Origin: Alphaproteobacteria bacterium
Lineage (GTDB): Bacteria; Pseudomonadota; Alphaproteobacteria; 16-39-46; JAJRRM01
Assembly: GCA_024279475.1 (NCBI GenBank)
Contig: JAJRRM010000114.1
Span: forward strand, 6,803-70,802
Direction of reading: 5' to 3'
Length of the DNA: 64,000 nt
Of this stretch, positions 27,431-38,489 are shown piece by piece. The notes below the pieces were generated by a model. That model saw only the letters and a program-made list of their open reading frames with translations. It did not search any database and was not told where the DNA came from. Both the position numbers and the translations under genes were made by a program. Numbering within the stretch: the stretch's first letter is position 1; every line of letters begins with the position of its first letter.

Positions 27431-28918
27431 ATGTTTAAACAATTTCTTCCAGAAATTCTAGAAAATATCAAATTAAACATGCCTGTTTTAGCTTCTTCAC
27501 AAGTAGTTCCAGGGTGTGCCTTTATTGCTATACAGGGCACTACAGTTGATGGTCGCGTTTTTATTGAAGAAGCCTGCAAAAAAGGAGCTTCTATCATTCT
27601 CTATAAAAAAGAAGAGATTTGGACAGACCCTATAGATTTGCTTAAGAGTCAATATAAAGAAGTGCAATTTATTGCTTTAAATGAAGACCCTAGTCTATAT
27701 CTACCTGCTTTAGCTCATAAAACTTATCCTCAATTACCAAAAAAACTCGTTGCTATCACAGGTACAAATGGAAAGACCTCCACAGCTTTTTTTTCTTACC
27801 AACTTTTAAAAGCTTGCAATGTACCAGTTGCCTATATTGGCACTATTGGTTTAAAAAGTTTTCCCTTTTTAAGTCAATATTTAGATCCTCTCCCAGCTCT
27901 AACTACACCAGATATTTTCTCTCTTTATAGAACACTATCTATTTGCAAAGAAGCTGGTATTGATCATGTTTTTCTGGAAGCCTCTAGCCACGGTTTGAAA
28001 CAAGGACGCCTAGATGGTTTGTTTTTTTCTGCTGGATGCTTTACGAATCTATCTCCTGAGCACCTGGATTTTCATAAGACTGAAGAAGCTTACTTTCAAG
28101 CAAAAAAACTGTTGTTTACAAAGCATATGAAACCAGATGCTACAGCTGTGATAAATATAGATGACTCTTTAGGCAAAGATATTATAAAAACCTGCAACTT
28201 TCATAACCTTAAAATAAAAACATTTGGAGAAAATATAGAAAGTACTTTAGCTATAAAATCGTGCATATTTTCAGCAGAAAATCTGCATTTTACCCTTATA
28301 TACGATAGTGTTCATTATCCTATAAAACTCCCCTTTCTTGGGAATTTTCAAGCATGGAATCTAGCAGGGGCTCTGCTTTTAGTTATATCTGTATCTTCAA
28401 TTTATTTAAATGATTTGATCAAAAAAGCACCTTCTATTAACCCTCCAAAGGGTCGCATGGATCTTGTGGGGAGAACGCCCTCAGGGACCTCTATCTTTAT
28501 TGACTTTGCTCATACGCCTGATGCTCTAGAAAAAGCTTTTATATCTCTTAGAGAATATACAGATAATAAATTATGGGTTGTTTTTGGATGTGGTGGAGAT
28601 CGCGACGCTAAAAAACGCCCTCTCATGGGAGCCGTGGCTGAACGCTTAGCAGATATTGTTGTTATTACTGATGATAATCCTCGGTCAGAAAATCCTAGTT
28701 CTATACGTGAATCTATAGCAAGAGCATGCAAAGAGTCTATCATTTTAGAAGACCGTACAAAAGCTATAGAATATACTCTTAATAGAGCAAAAAAAGGTGA
28801 CAGTATTCTTATTGCTGGAAAAGGCGACGAACACGGCCAAATTATAGGGAAACAGAAACTTCCATACTCTGACTATGCTGTTGTAAAAAATTGGATGAAA
28901 CTACAAAAAAATGCCTAG
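27431..28918 (+). CDS. murE: UDP-MurNAc-L-Ala-D-Glu:meso-DAP ligase
   Basis: GTNGKTS P-loop and DDNPRSE (the DNPR motif of DAP-adding enzymes). Confidence 0.9.
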   Translation: MFKQFLPEILENIKLNMPVLASSQVVPGCAFIAIQGTTVDGRVFIEEACKKGASIILYKKEEIWTDPIDLLKSQYKEVQFIALNEDPSLYLPALAHKTYPQLPKKLVAITGTNGKTSTAFFSYQLLKACNVPVAYIGTIGLKSFPFLSQYLDPLPALTTPDIFSLYRTLSICKEAGIDHVFLEASSHGLKQGRLDGLFFSAGCFTNLSPEHLDFHKTEEAYFQAKKLLFTKHMKPDATAVINIDDSLGKDIIKTCNFHNLKIKTFGENIESTLAIKSCIFSAENLHFTLIYDSVHYPIKLPFLGNFQAWNLAGALLLVISVSSIYLNDLIKKAPSINPPKGRMDLVGRTPSGTSIFIDFAHTPDALEKAFISLREYTDNKLWVVFGCGGDRDAKKRPLMGAVAERLADIVVITDDNPRSENPSSIRESIARACKESIILEDRTKAIEYTLNRAKKGDSILIAGKGDEHGQIIGKQKLPYSDYAVVKNWMKLQKNA

Positions 28919-30347
28919 TTTACTTCCTTCTTTTTGGACATATGAGAATCTAAAAAAAGCTACTGGTGGTCAATGGAAAGAAATTTCTTCATCAAATATG
29001 CTTAATAAGCCGTTGGGTTCTCTTACTTTCGACTCACGCATCATCAAATCTAATGATATTTTTATAGCTATTCAAGGTGTAGCAAAAAATGGTCATAAAT
29101 ATCTATCTAAGGCTATAGAAAATGGTGCTATGGCAGTTATAGTGGATGATATAACATCTCTACCTTCAGCAAACAGAATTCCTGTCCTTCAAGTACCAAA
29201 CACCCAGAAAGCTTTAGAAAATCTAGGCGTTTATGCTAGACAACATATTAATGCACAACGTGTTGCCATAACTGGAAGTGTGGGGAAAACCAGTATAAAA
29301 GACTTTCTATTCTACACACTAAATCAGCAGGCACCCACATGGGCTAGTATGCGTAGTTTTAATAATTTGTGGGGCGTTCCCATTACACTAGCAAACATGC
29401 CAGTTAATACAAAATATGGTATCTGTGAAATTGGTACAAATCATATAGGAGAAATAAACCCTCTTAGCAAACAGGTAAGCCCTAACATTGCTCTCATTAC
29501 AACCGTTGGTATAGCACACCTAGGAAATTTTCCTTCGTTTGACCATTTGCTAGCCGAAAAAATATCTGTTATTAGAGGGCTTTCTTCCTGTGGAACAGTT
29601 ATTCTTCCCAGAGACAATTCCCATTTTAGTAAGCTATCAATCTTAGCCCTTAAAAAGAAGGCTATAAAGATATTTACTTTTGGATATCATAAAGAAGCTA
29701 ATGTGCGTATTTTAAAATCTACTCCCACTTCCAAAGGCTTAAGCTTACAATTTTCAATTAATAAATTAATTCTAAAAAAAGAAGTACCCCTTTATGGTCA
29801 GCATTGGGCACACAATATTGCAGCTGCTTTAGCTGTTGGATTTTTGTTAGGAGCTGATATAAAATCTCTCCTGGAAGCTGCAAAAACTTTTAAAGAACCC
29901 GAAGGGCGTGGGCGATTACATTATCCTATTGTGCCAACTCAACCAGATAAAATATTTACACTTATTGATCAAACATACAATGCTAATCCACAATCTATGC
30001 GTGCAGCGCTGAAAGCCCTGCAGGACATTCCTCTCAAAGCTGCAGGAAAACGTATTGCTGTAATTGGTAACATGTATGAATTAGGAAATGATAAAGAAAC
30101 TCATAAACAGCATGAATCAATATCAGAAGTTCTTGATCCAGATAAAATTCAAACAATCATCACAGTTGGTAAATTTGCACAGGCACTTTCTAATAAAATA
30201 AAAAATATATACCCAGAAACATACCATTTCAATTCCACAAAAGAATCTATAGTTTTCCTAAGAAACTATGTGAAAGCAGATGATTTGCTTATGGCAAAAG
30301 CCAGTAAGAGTGCATTATTTTCTAAAATAGTAAAATCTTTTCTTTAG
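28911..30347 (+). CDS. murF: UDP-MurNAc-tripeptide:D-Ala-D-Ala ligase
   Basis: GSVGKTS and DQTYNANPQSM. The 8-nt overlap with murE is typical. Confidence 0.9.
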   Translation: MPSLLPSFWTYENLKKATGGQWKEISSSNMLNKPLGSLTFDSRIIKSNDIFIAIQGVAKNGHKYLSKAIENGAMAVIVDDITSLPSANRIPVLQVPNTQKALENLGVYARQHINAQRVAITGSVGKTSIKDFLFYTLNQQAPTWASMRSFNNLWGVPITLANMPVNTKYGICEIGTNHIGEINPLSKQVSPNIALITTVGIAHLGNFPSFDHLLAEKISVIRGLSSCGTVILPRDNSHFSKLSILALKKKAIKIFTFGYHKEANVRILKSTPTSKGLSLQFSINKLILKKEVPLYGQHWAHNIAAALAVGFLLGADIKSLLEAAKTFKEPEGRGRLHYPIVPTQPDKIFTLIDQTYNANPQSMRAALKALQDIPLKAAGKRIAVIGNMYELGNDKETHKQHESISEVLDPDKIQTIITVGKFAQALSNKIKNIYPETYHFNSTKESIVFLRNYVKADDLLMAKASKSALFSKIVKSFL

Positions 30348-30419
30348 AATATGAACTCTCCCTATTGCTCTAAATAACCGTATTAGCTACTATAAGGGTC
30401 TACTAACAATGAGAAATAA

Positions 30420-31511
30420 ATGCTCTACAAATTCTTAGCTCTATACGGCACTGAAAATCTTTTTTTTAATTTATTTAGATATATTACTTTACGTAGTGGT
30501 GGTGCTTTGCTTACCTCTCTTCTTATTAGCCTTTTGATTGGCCCTTGGATGATTAAATATTTAAAATCTAAACAAGGAAAAGGTCAACCTATCCGTGATG
30601 ATGGACCAACATCTCATATGAAAACAAAAAAAGGAACGCCAACCATGGGTGGCTTTCTTATTTTGATCTCTCTTACTTCTAGCATTCTTTTATGGGCAGA
30701 TTTAAGCAACGCTTATATTTGGATAACTTTGCTTACCACTTTATTTTTCGGCCTTTTGGGATTTAGTGATGACTACTTAAAGGTAACTCAACAAACAAGC
30801 AAGGGTATTAGTGCAAAAACTAAATTGCTAGCCCAGCTCATTGTAAGCTTTATAGCCGTTGGAGCAATTATGTATTTCCTACCTGAAAACTTAAATAGCT
30901 CTCTTGCCTTTCCTTTTTTTAAAAATATGCTTCTTCCCCTGGGTTGGCTTTTTATACCTTTCTCTATTGTTGTTATTGTTGGATCATCTAATGCAGTAAA
31001 TCTTACAGATGGCCTTGATGGCTTGGCTATAGGACCTATTATTGTTGCCTCTCTATGTTTTTTAATCATTACTTATGTCACCGGCAACTATCATTTTTCT
31101 GCGTATTTGCAATTACACTATGTACCTGGTAGTGGCGAGCTAGCTGTTTTCTGTGGTGCATTGATTGGTGCTGGATTGGGATTCTTATGGTTTAATACTC
31201 CTCCAGCCTCTATATTCATGGGCGATATGGGCTCTCTTGCCATGGGTGGAGCCCTTGGAACTATGAGTATCATTGTAAAAAACGAACTTGTTTGGATTAT
31301 TATTGGTGGTCTCTTTGTGATGGAAACTGCCTCTGTAATCATTCAAGTAACTTATTTTAAATTAACTGGTGGAAAGCGCATTTTTCTCATGGCTCCTATA
31401 CATCATCATTTTGAAAAAAAAGGCTGGGCAGAAACCACCATTGTTATCCGATTTTGGATTATTTCTGTCGTTCTAGCCATGGTTGGCCTAGCCACTCTAA
31501 AACTACGGTAA
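30420..31511 (+). CDS. mraY: phospho-N-acetylmuramoyl-pentapeptide transferase
   Basis: Kx[20 protein letters not shown] and PIHHHFE. Confidence 0.9.
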   Translation: MLYKFLALYGTENLFFNLFRYITLRSGGALLTSLLISLLIGPWMIKYLKSKQGKGQPIRDDGPTSHMKTKKGTPTMGGFLILISLTSSILLWADLSNAYIWITLLTTLFFGLLGFSDDYLKVTQQTSKGISAKTKLLAQLIVSFIAVGAIMYFLPENLNSSLAFPFFKNMLLPLGWLFIPFSIVVIVGSSNAVNLTDGLDGLAIGPIIVASLCFLIITYVTGNYHFSAYLQLHYVPGSGELAVFCGALIGAGLGFLWFNTPPASIFMGDMGSLAMGGALGTMSIIVKNELVWIIIGGLFVMETASVIIQVTYFKLTGGKRIFLMAPIHHHFEKKGWAETTIVIRFWIISVVLAMVGLATLKLR

Positions 31512-31515
31512 TTTT

Positions 31516-32820
31516 ATGAGAAAAGTTCCTACTTTACCTTCATATTGCTACGTTGTTGGGTTGGCGCGCTCTGGACTTAGAACAGCTAAGTGGCTTCAAC
31601 AACACAGCCGTTTATTAGCTGCGTGGGATGACAACAAAGAACAGAGAACAAAAGCTATAGAATTGGGGATTCCCGTTATTTCTCCTGAGCATGCTTTTTC
31701 TGATAAAACTTTAAAACCCAATGCGTTAATTTTAAGCCCTGGCATCCCTCATACACATAATAAAATTCATAAATCAGCTCATTTAGCACGGTTAAATAAC
31801 TGTGAAATAATTGGTGATATAGAGTTATTCTATAGAGCTTATCCTTCCTCAAAAATAATAGGTATCACAGGCACTAATGGAAAATCGACAACTACCGCTC
31901 TCATGGCTCATACATTTAATTATTGTGGTGTTAAAGCTTTGATAGCTGGAAATTTTGGTATTCCATGTTTTGATTTATGTGCACAAACAGACCCTAAAAC
32001 AACTGATGCTTGGTTTATATTTGAATTATCCTCCTATCAACTAGAGCTAACGCCTTCTCTTATTCCAAAAATTATGATTCTTTTAAATATCACCCCTGAT
32101 CATCTAGATCGCTACTCTTCATTTTCATCCTATGCGGCAGCTAAATTAGATATATTTAAACGTCTTAAACCTACAGAATTTGCTCTTATTGGTACAAACA
32201 CAGACTTTACAAAAAAACTTTCCCTTTGTCCCCCTGTACATGGATTTACTATAAAAGACCTTCCTTTTTCTTTAGATACCTGCTCTCATTTAACAGGTAT
32301 TCATAACAAAGAAAATGCTACAGCCGTCTATTTAACCTGCTCTTATTTAGGGTTCGAAAAAAATCATATTCTAAAGGCTTTTGAACTTTTCCCTGGCTTA
32401 GCTCATAGACAAGAACTCGTTACAAAAACAAAAAAATTTAAAGTTATAAATGATTCTAAAGCAACTAGTTTTGAAGCAGCCTCAAAAGCCACTTCTTCCT
32501 TTTCTCACATTCACTGGATTGTCGGTGGACTTTCTAAGGATGATTCTATTTTGCAATGCAAAGCGTCTTTTCCTGCTATTGATCATATTTATTTTTTTGG
32601 GAAAGATGGTAAGAAATTACAACATAATTTGAATAAGGCCTGCGACTCTAGCCTTTTTAAAACATTAGAAGAAGCTACTTTGAAAGCTTTAGAAGCTGTA
32701 AAAAATGCACCCTATCAATCAACAATTCTTCTATCTCCAGGCTGTGCATCTTTTGATCAATTTAAAAATTTTGAATACCGTGGTGATTTTTTTAAGAACC
32801 TGATACACTCCCTTCAGTAA
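31516..32820 (+). CDS. murD: UDP-MurNAc-L-Ala:D-Glu ligase
   Basis: GITGTNGKSTT, NITPDHLDRY and NDSKATS. Confidence 0.9.
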   Translation: MRKVPTLPSYCYVVGLARSGLRTAKWLQQHSRLLAAWDDNKEQRTKAIELGIPVISPEHAFSDKTLKPNALILSPGIPHTHNKIHKSAHLARLNNCEIIGDIELFYRAYPSSKIIGITGTNGKSTTTALMAHTFNYCGVKALIAGNFGIPCFDLCAQTDPKTTDAWFIFELSSYQLELTPSLIPKIMILLNITPDHLDRYSSFSSYAAAKLDIFKRLKPTEFALIGTNTDFTKKLSLCPPVHGFTIKDLPFSLDTCSHLTGIHNKENATAVYLTCSYLGFEKNHILKAFELFPGLAHRQELVTKTKKFKVINDSKATSFEAASKATSSFSHIHWIVGGLSKDDSILQCKASFPAIDHIYFFGKDGKKLQHNLNKACDSSLFKTLEEATLKALEAVKNAPYQSTILLSPGCASFDQFKNFEYRGDFFKNLIHSLQ

Positions 32821-32845
32821 TACAATAAGATGTAAAAAAATACCT

Positions 32846-33952
32846 ATGCGCAATCTTGATACAACTAAAATTGGCCGTTGGTGGTGGACTCTAGACCGTT
32901 GGATGCTTTTTGCCCTATTTTCTCTTATTTTCATTGGCATCATACTTAATTTTGCTGGTACACCTCTTATTGCTAAAAAACTTGGGCACACACCCTATCA
33001 TCTTTTACAAAAACAGCTTCTTTTCCTTATTCCAAGCTTAGGTATTTTACTTGTTACCTCTATGGCACCTCTTCTAACTTTAAGAAATATATGTTTTGTT
33101 CTACTCTTTATATTTATCCTCCTTCTTATTGGCACACTTTTATTCGGTATTGACATTAAAGGTGCTCGCCGTTGGATACGTATAGCGGGGTTTTCTCTTC
33201 AATCTTCCGAATTTATTAAGCCTGCTTTCGCCGTAACCTCTGCCTGGTTTTTTGCTCATGCTAAAACTTCACATGATAACCTTGGCCGCTATGTTTCTAC
33301 AATTATCTTCCTAACCATTGTTCTTCTTTTGCTCATGCAACCTGACCTAGGTATGACATTCATTATTTCTTCTATCTGGTTTGTTCAATTTTTCCTATCA
33401 GGACTTCCTATTCTTTCTGTAATTATTATTGGTATTTTAGGATTAGTTGGAATAGTTGGAGCCTATCTGTTTTTTCCTCATGTTGCTAGCCGTATAGACC
33501 GTTTTTTTGACCCTCAATCCGGCGACAATTATCAAATAAATAAGTCTCTAGAAGCCTTTACTAGTGGAGGTTTTTTTGGCAAGGGTCCCGGCGAAGGAAA
33601 AATTAAAGCACATTTGCCAGATGCCCACGCAGACTTTATTTTTTCTGTAGCTGGTGAAGAGTTTGGCCTAGTTGTTTGTTTAAGCATTGTCTTTCTCTAC
33701 ATTTTTATTATTTTGCGTTGTTTTTGGCGGTTGTATTCAAAAGAAAATTTATTTTCCCTACTAGCTGGAACTGGACTTTGTGTACAGTTTGGCACACAAG
33801 CTATGGTTAACATGGCCTCCTGCCTGCGACTCATTCCAACAAAAGGTATGACTCTTCCCTTCTTAAGCTATGGTGGCTCTTCTTTATTATCCCTTTCTTT
33901 TGGCATGGGAATTTTATTAGCCTTTACAAGAAAAACACGTGTGAAAAAATAA
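32846..33952 (+). CDS. ftsW: SEDS-family lipid II flippase/polymerase FtsW
   Basis: Polytopic SEDS motifs (QPSEFIKPAF-like SSEFIKPAF, PDAHADFIFSVAGEEFG, GMTLPFLSYGGSS). Confidence 0.9.
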   Translation: MRNLDTTKIGRWWWTLDRWMLFALFSLIFIGIILNFAGTPLIAKKLGHTPYHLLQKQLLFLIPSLGILLVTSMAPLLTLRNICFVLLFIFILLLIGTLLFGIDIKGARRWIRIAGFSLQSSEFIKPAFAVTSAWFFAHAKTSHDNLGRYVSTIIFLTIVLLLLMQPDLGMTFIISSIWFVQFFLSGLPILSVIIIGILGLVGIVGAYLFFPHVASRIDRFFDPQSGDNYQINKSLEAFTSGGFFGKGPGEGKIKAHLPDAHADFIFSVAGEEFGLVVCLSIVFLYIFIILRCFWRLYSKENLFSLLAGTGLCVQFGTQAMVNMASCLRLIPTKGMTLPFLSYGGSSLLSLSFGMGILLAFTRKTRVKK

Positions 33953-33974
33953 CTATATATCCTTAAATTAGAGC

Positions 33975-35120
33975 TTGTTAACTATGTTTAACTTTTTTAA
34001 AAAAACTACAAAAAATACATTTCTTCTTGCTACAGGTGGTACCGGTGGACATGTATTTCCCGCTATAGCTTTGGGGCAGCACCTGCAAGAGAAAAAATAT
34101 TCTGTCCACTTAAGCACAGATATGCGCGGAAGAGACTATATTCAACAATCTTCCCTATCTCTTAGTTATTCTACTATTTTATATAAAAATCTTGGAAATA
34201 TGAGCTTAAAAAAGCAGCTATTTTATATTTTACCTTCATGTCTTACAGCTGTGCGATTACTTCTTAAAGTTAAACCTAAAGCCGTTATTAGCTTCGGTGG
34301 ATACCCCGCTTTTCCAGTTTGTATTGCCACTCAATTAACAAGAACTCCTCTTTTTATTCATGAACAAAACTCTGTAGCTGGACTTGTAAATAGACTGTTT
34401 ATCAAAAAGAGTAAGGGCTTTATGGCATCTTTTCCTCAAACAAAATTTATTAGCAAAAAATATAAAAATAAGACTTATATAACTGGTAATTTTGTTCGTC
34501 AAGATTTTCTAGGTTCTGACTATGCTTATACCTTACCCTCTCAAAATGAACCTCTTCATATTTTAGCCTTGGGTGGAAGCCAAGGTGCCTTAAGTTTATC
34601 TAAAAATACCATAGAAGCTATACAAGCTCTGCCAAATTCTCTAAAGAAACGTATTAAATTAATACTTCAAGCACCCAAAAAAGAGCTTGATCTTCTTTAT
34701 AAACAATGGCCAACATATAAAGATGGTACTGAAAACAAGCGAGTTCCAGGTGAAGTAAAATCTTTCTTCAATGATATGCCTAAACAACTAGAAACTGCTC
34801 ATCTGGTAGTTTCTCGTTCTGGGGCATCCGCCGTGTGGGAAATATTAACCACTAAACGTCCTGCTATTTTTTTACCCCTTGCCACAGCATCTAATAACCA
34901 TCAGTATTACAATGCTTTATATTTAGAACAGCAGAAAAGTGCTTGGGTTCTTTCTGATAAGAAAAATCAATCGACCGATTTGAAAAACCTGTTAGAAGAA
35001 ATTTTTAAGGATATAACCGTACTCAAAAAATATAACAAAGCTCTAACAAAATTTCACAATGAAATTTTTAAGAAAAACCCCCTAGAATTTGCTACAGAAA
35101 TATTGCAAAATAAAACCTGA
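33975..35120 (+). CDS. murG: UDP-GlcNAc:lipid I GlcNAc transferase
   Basis: GGTGGHVFPA and HEQN. Position in the dcw cluster fits. The start may be the ATG at 33984. Confidence 0.9.
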   Translation: MLTMFNFFKKTTKNTFLLATGGTGGHVFPAIALGQHLQEKKYSVHLSTDMRGRDYIQQSSLSLSYSTILYKNLGNMSLKKQLFYILPSCLTAVRLLLKVKPKAVISFGGYPAFPVCIATQLTRTPLFIHEQNSVAGLVNRLFIKKSKGFMASFPQTKFISKKYKNKTYITGNFVRQDFLGSDYAYTLPSQNEPLHILALGGSQGALSLSKNTIEAIQALPNSLKKRIKLILQAPKKELDLLYKQWPTYKDGTENKRVPGEVKSFFNDMPKQLETAHLVVSRSGASAVWEILTTKRPAIFLPLATASNNHQYYNALYLEQQKSAWVLSDKKNQSTDLKNLLEEIFKDITVLKKYNKALTKFHNEIFKKNPLEFATEILQNKT

Positions 35121-35152
35121 CTGTAGTTCTTTATAAAAAATAAAATGGATAT

Positions 35153-36577
35153 ATGTTTATGAAATTATCCCCTCTTTCCCTTGGAACTCTCCATTTTATT
35201 GGTATTGGTGGAATTGGTATGAGTGGGTTAGCAGAAATCTTTCATAATCTTGGACAAACTGTTCAAGGTAGTGATATTTCAGAAAATGCTAATATCCAAA
35301 GGCTCCGGAAAAATGGTATCCCTATATTTATTACTCAAACAGCTTCCAACCTAGATAATGCTAATATTATTGTTATTTCTTCAGCTATAAAAAAAGATAA
35401 TCCCGAGTATAAAGAAGCGCTAAAACTCCATATGCCTATCATACATAGATCAGACCTTTTAGCTCAGCTTTTGCGACTAAAATGGTCTATAGCTGTTTCT
35501 GGAAGCCATGGAAAGACAACTATAACCTCTCTTATGGCACATTTATTTGAAACAGCAAATCTGCATCCTACCGTAATTAATGGTGGTATCATGAATTCCT
35601 ACGGATCAAATGCCTGTCTTGGAAAAGGAGATTGGATTATAGCAGAAGCAGATGAATCTGATGGTAGTTTTACAAAGTTCTTTCCCACCATTGGTATTGT
35701 TTCCAACTTAGATGAAGAACATATGGATCACTATGCTACTTTTGATAAGCTAAAAGAGGCTTTTCTAACATTTTTACATAATATTCCTTTCTTTGGATTT
35801 GCTCTCATGGGGTATGATGATCCTGATGTGCGAAGTCTAATACCCAAGTTGAAAAACTATAAAGTTATTACTTATGGCCTTCACAAAGAAGCTCAAGTGC
35901 GTGCAATAAATATAGTTCATACACCTGAAGGTATGTGTTTTGATGCCCTTATTAAAGATATTTCTTCTACCTCCTTTATACGGATAGAAAACATTCAGTT
36001 AAAAATGCTAGGGAAACATAACGTTCAAAACAGTCTCTCTATTATAGGACTAGCTATCCGTATTGGTCTTAGTGAGTCCCTAATACGTAAAGCGCTCTCC
36101 ACATTTGAAGGTGTTAAGAGGCGCCTTACATTGCTAGGAAATGTTAATAATGCCCCTGTTTATGATGATTATGCTCATCATCCCAAAGAGATTGAAGCCA
36201 TTTTAAAAACATTAACCTCCCTAAAAGATCAAGATCCTAATAAGCGTATTATAGTAGTTTTTCAGCCTCATAAATATTCTCGTCTAGCTCATTTATTTAA
36301 GGATTTTGCCCAAGCTTTCAAGTTAGCTAACCAAACTTACATCCTGCCTGTTTATGCAGCAGGTGAAAAACCTATTAAAAACATTAACCACAAGTCATTG
36401 GCTAATGCTATCTGTTCTCTTCCATATTCATATAAAACTACAGCTATAGCTATAGAAAAAGATGAAGATCTTTTTTCTCACCTAAAAGAAGATTTATCTT
36501 CTAAGGATATTCTTGTTTTTATGGGCGCTGGATCTATTACCTCCATTGCCTCTGATTTTGTAAAACTATATCAGTAA
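35153..36577 (+). CDS. murC: UDP-MurNAc:L-Ala ligase
   Basis: HFIGIGGIGMSGLA, GSHGKTTITS and DDYAHHP. Confidence 0.9.
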   Translation: MFMKLSPLSLGTLHFIGIGGIGMSGLAEIFHNLGQTVQGSDISENANIQRLRKNGIPIFITQTASNLDNANIIVISSAIKKDNPEYKEALKLHMPIIHRSDLLAQLLRLKWSIAVSGSHGKTTITSLMAHLFETANLHPTVINGGIMNSYGSNACLGKGDWIIAEADESDGSFTKFFPTIGIVSNLDEEHMDHYATFDKLKEAFLTFLHNIPFFGFALMGYDDPDVRSLIPKLKNYKVITYGLHKEAQVRAINIVHTPEGMCFDALIKDISSTSFIRIENIQLKMLGKHNVQNSLSIIGLAIRIGLSESLIRKALSTFEGVKRRLTLLGNVNNAPVYDDYAHHPKEIEAILKTLTSLKDQDPNKRIIVVFQPHKYSRLAHLFKDFAQAFKLANQTYILPVYAAGEKPIKNINHKSLANAICSLPYSYKTTAIAIEKDEDLFSHLKEDLSSKDILVFMGAGSITSIASDFVKLYQ

Positions 36578-36584
36578 TATTTTA

Positions 36585-37526
36585 ATGACTCTTTCCTTAC
36601 CAAAATGGATAAAATATTTACCTACGGTGCACGGCAGATACTCCTATGGATATGATCTAAGAAAAGTTACCTGGTTTCGTGTAGGAGGACCTGCTGATGT
36701 TATTTTTAAACCTTCAAATCTAGAAGATCTTCAGAACTTTCTAAGGAATATAGAAAAAAATATACCTATTCTTCCCTTAGGTCTCGGGTCAAATGTGCTC
36801 ATCCGTGATGGGGGTATTGAAGGTGTTATTATTCGCCTAGGGCGTTCTTTTTCAGCTATTGAAATAGATAATAAAAATCCGTTACTTTTGCATGTGGGGG
36901 CAGCTAGCCTAGACCGCAACGTTGCCTATGTGGCTGCTGAGCATAACTTGGATGGATTATCTTTCTTATGGGGCATACCTGGTACTATTGGTGGAGCTCT
37001 TCGTATGAATGCTGGATCCTATGGGACAGAAATGAAAGATATTATTGAGAGCGCTACGGCCATTGATTTAGATGGAAATATACATACGCTTAAATTGGAA
37101 GATCTAAATTTTTCCTATCGCCATTGCTCAATTCCAGAAGGCTGGATCTTCATAGGAGCTACCTTAAGAGGAAAGCCTGGCTATAAAAAAGATATACTCA
37201 TACAGATGAATAAAATTCAAAAACAACGAGAGGACACTCAACCTGTTCGCACACGCACAGGCGGTAGTACTTTTGCAAACCCAGAAAATAATAAAGCATG
37301 GAAACTTATTGATGATGCTGGATGTAGAGGACTCAAGTTAGGCGGCGCTCAAGTTTCAGAGCATCACTGCAATTTTCTTCTCAATACAGGAGCAGCTACC
37401 GCAGCTGATCTTGAGGATCTTGGAAACTTAGTACAGAAAAAAGTTTGCACCACTAGTGGCATTACTCTAAAATGGGAAATTAGGCGGATTGGACGTTTGA
37501 AGCAACCAAATAATAGCTTAAAATAA
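36585..37526 (+). CDS. murB: UDP-N-acetylenolpyruvoylglucosamine reductase
   Basis: FAD-binding LGLGSNVL, GIPGTIGGA, GSTFANP and HCNFLLN. Confidence 0.9.
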   Translation: MTLSLPKWIKYLPTVHGRYSYGYDLRKVTWFRVGGPADVIFKPSNLEDLQNFLRNIEKNIPILPLGLGSNVLIRDGGIEGVIIRLGRSFSAIEIDNKNPLLLHVGAASLDRNVAYVAAEHNLDGLSFLWGIPGTIGGALRMNAGSYGTEMKDIIESATAIDLDGNIHTLKLEDLNFSYRHCSIPEGWIFIGATLRGKPGYKKDILIQMNKIQKQREDTQPVRTRTGGSTFANPENNKAWKLIDDAGCRGLKLGGAQVSEHHCNFLLNTGAATAADLEDLGNLVQKKVCTTSGITLKWEIRRIGRLKQPNNSLK

Positions 37527-37545
37527 AGAAAGTTAAATCAACCCT

Positions 37546-38475
37546 ATGACAAAAAGAAAAAAACATATAACAGTGCTTTTAGGCGGGTGGAATGCAGAAG
37601 CAGAAGTTTCACGTTCTTCAGGAAAGAATGTTAGAACCTCCCTAAAAGAATTAGGGTATGATATCACAGTTATTGATATTCCCCGATGCCCACGTGCTTT
37701 GCTAAACCTAATTCCTGAAAAAACAGATGTTATTTTTAATGCGCTTCATGGCCATGGCGTTGAAGATGGAAACCTTCAAGGTCTTCTAAACCTATTGGGC
37801 ATCCCTTATACTCATTCTGGCCTTCTATCCTCTGCCCTGGCTATGAATAAACCTATGGCTAAACGCATTTTTTCTCAAAATAATATACTTTGTCCTGAGG
37901 GATACCTATTGCCCATTGAAAAGATTCGCCAAAAGCATGTAATGAAGCCTCCTTATATTGTAAAACCTAGTTGCGAAGGTTCGAGTGTTGGAATCACTAT
38001 TGTTAAGAAAGGGGAAAACCCTCCTACTCTCAAAGACTGGCACTTTGGTGAAGAAGCACTTGTGGAAGAATACATTCCAGGCCGTGAAATATTTGTTTCT
38101 GTTATGGGAGGAAAATCACTGGGCATTATAGAAATAAAGCCTCAACATGAATTTTATGATTATAAATCAAAATATACAAAAGGCCTTACTGAATATATTT
38201 GCCCTGCCTCAATCGATGAAAATATTCGCCACCAAGCAGAAGAAATGACCTTGAAAGCTTTTCATGCCTTAGGTTGCCGTGGTATTGTTCGTTCTGATAT
38301 CCGTTACGACCCAACTCGTCCAGACGGTCAGCAGCTGTTTTTATTAGAACTTAACACACAACCTGGCTTTACGCCTCTTTCTTTGATCCCCATGGCAGCC
38401 AAAGAAAGAGGATTAAATTATAATGATCTAGTCCAATGGCTTATTGAAAATGCTAGCTGCGACCCTAAAATATAA
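37546..38475 (+). CDS. ddl: D-alanine--D-alanine ligase
   Basis: HGHGVEDGNLQGLL, VKPSCEGSSVG and LELNTQPGFT. Confidence 0.9.
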   Translation: MTKRKKHITVLLGGWNAEAEVSRSSGKNVRTSLKELGYDITVIDIPRCPRALLNLIPEKTDVIFNALHGHGVEDGNLQGLLNLLGIPYTHSGLLSSALAMNKPMAKRIFSQNNILCPEGYLLPIEKIRQKHVMKPPYIVKPSCEGSSVGITIVKKGENPPTLKDWHFGEEALVEEYIPGREIFVSVMGGKSLGIIEIKPQHEFYDYKSKYTKGLTEYICPASIDENIRHQAEEMTLKAFHALGCRGIVRSDIRYDPTRPDGQQLFLLELNTQPGFTPLSLIPMAAKERGLNYNDLVQWLIENASCDPKI

Positions 38476-38489
38476 GAAGACTACTTAGT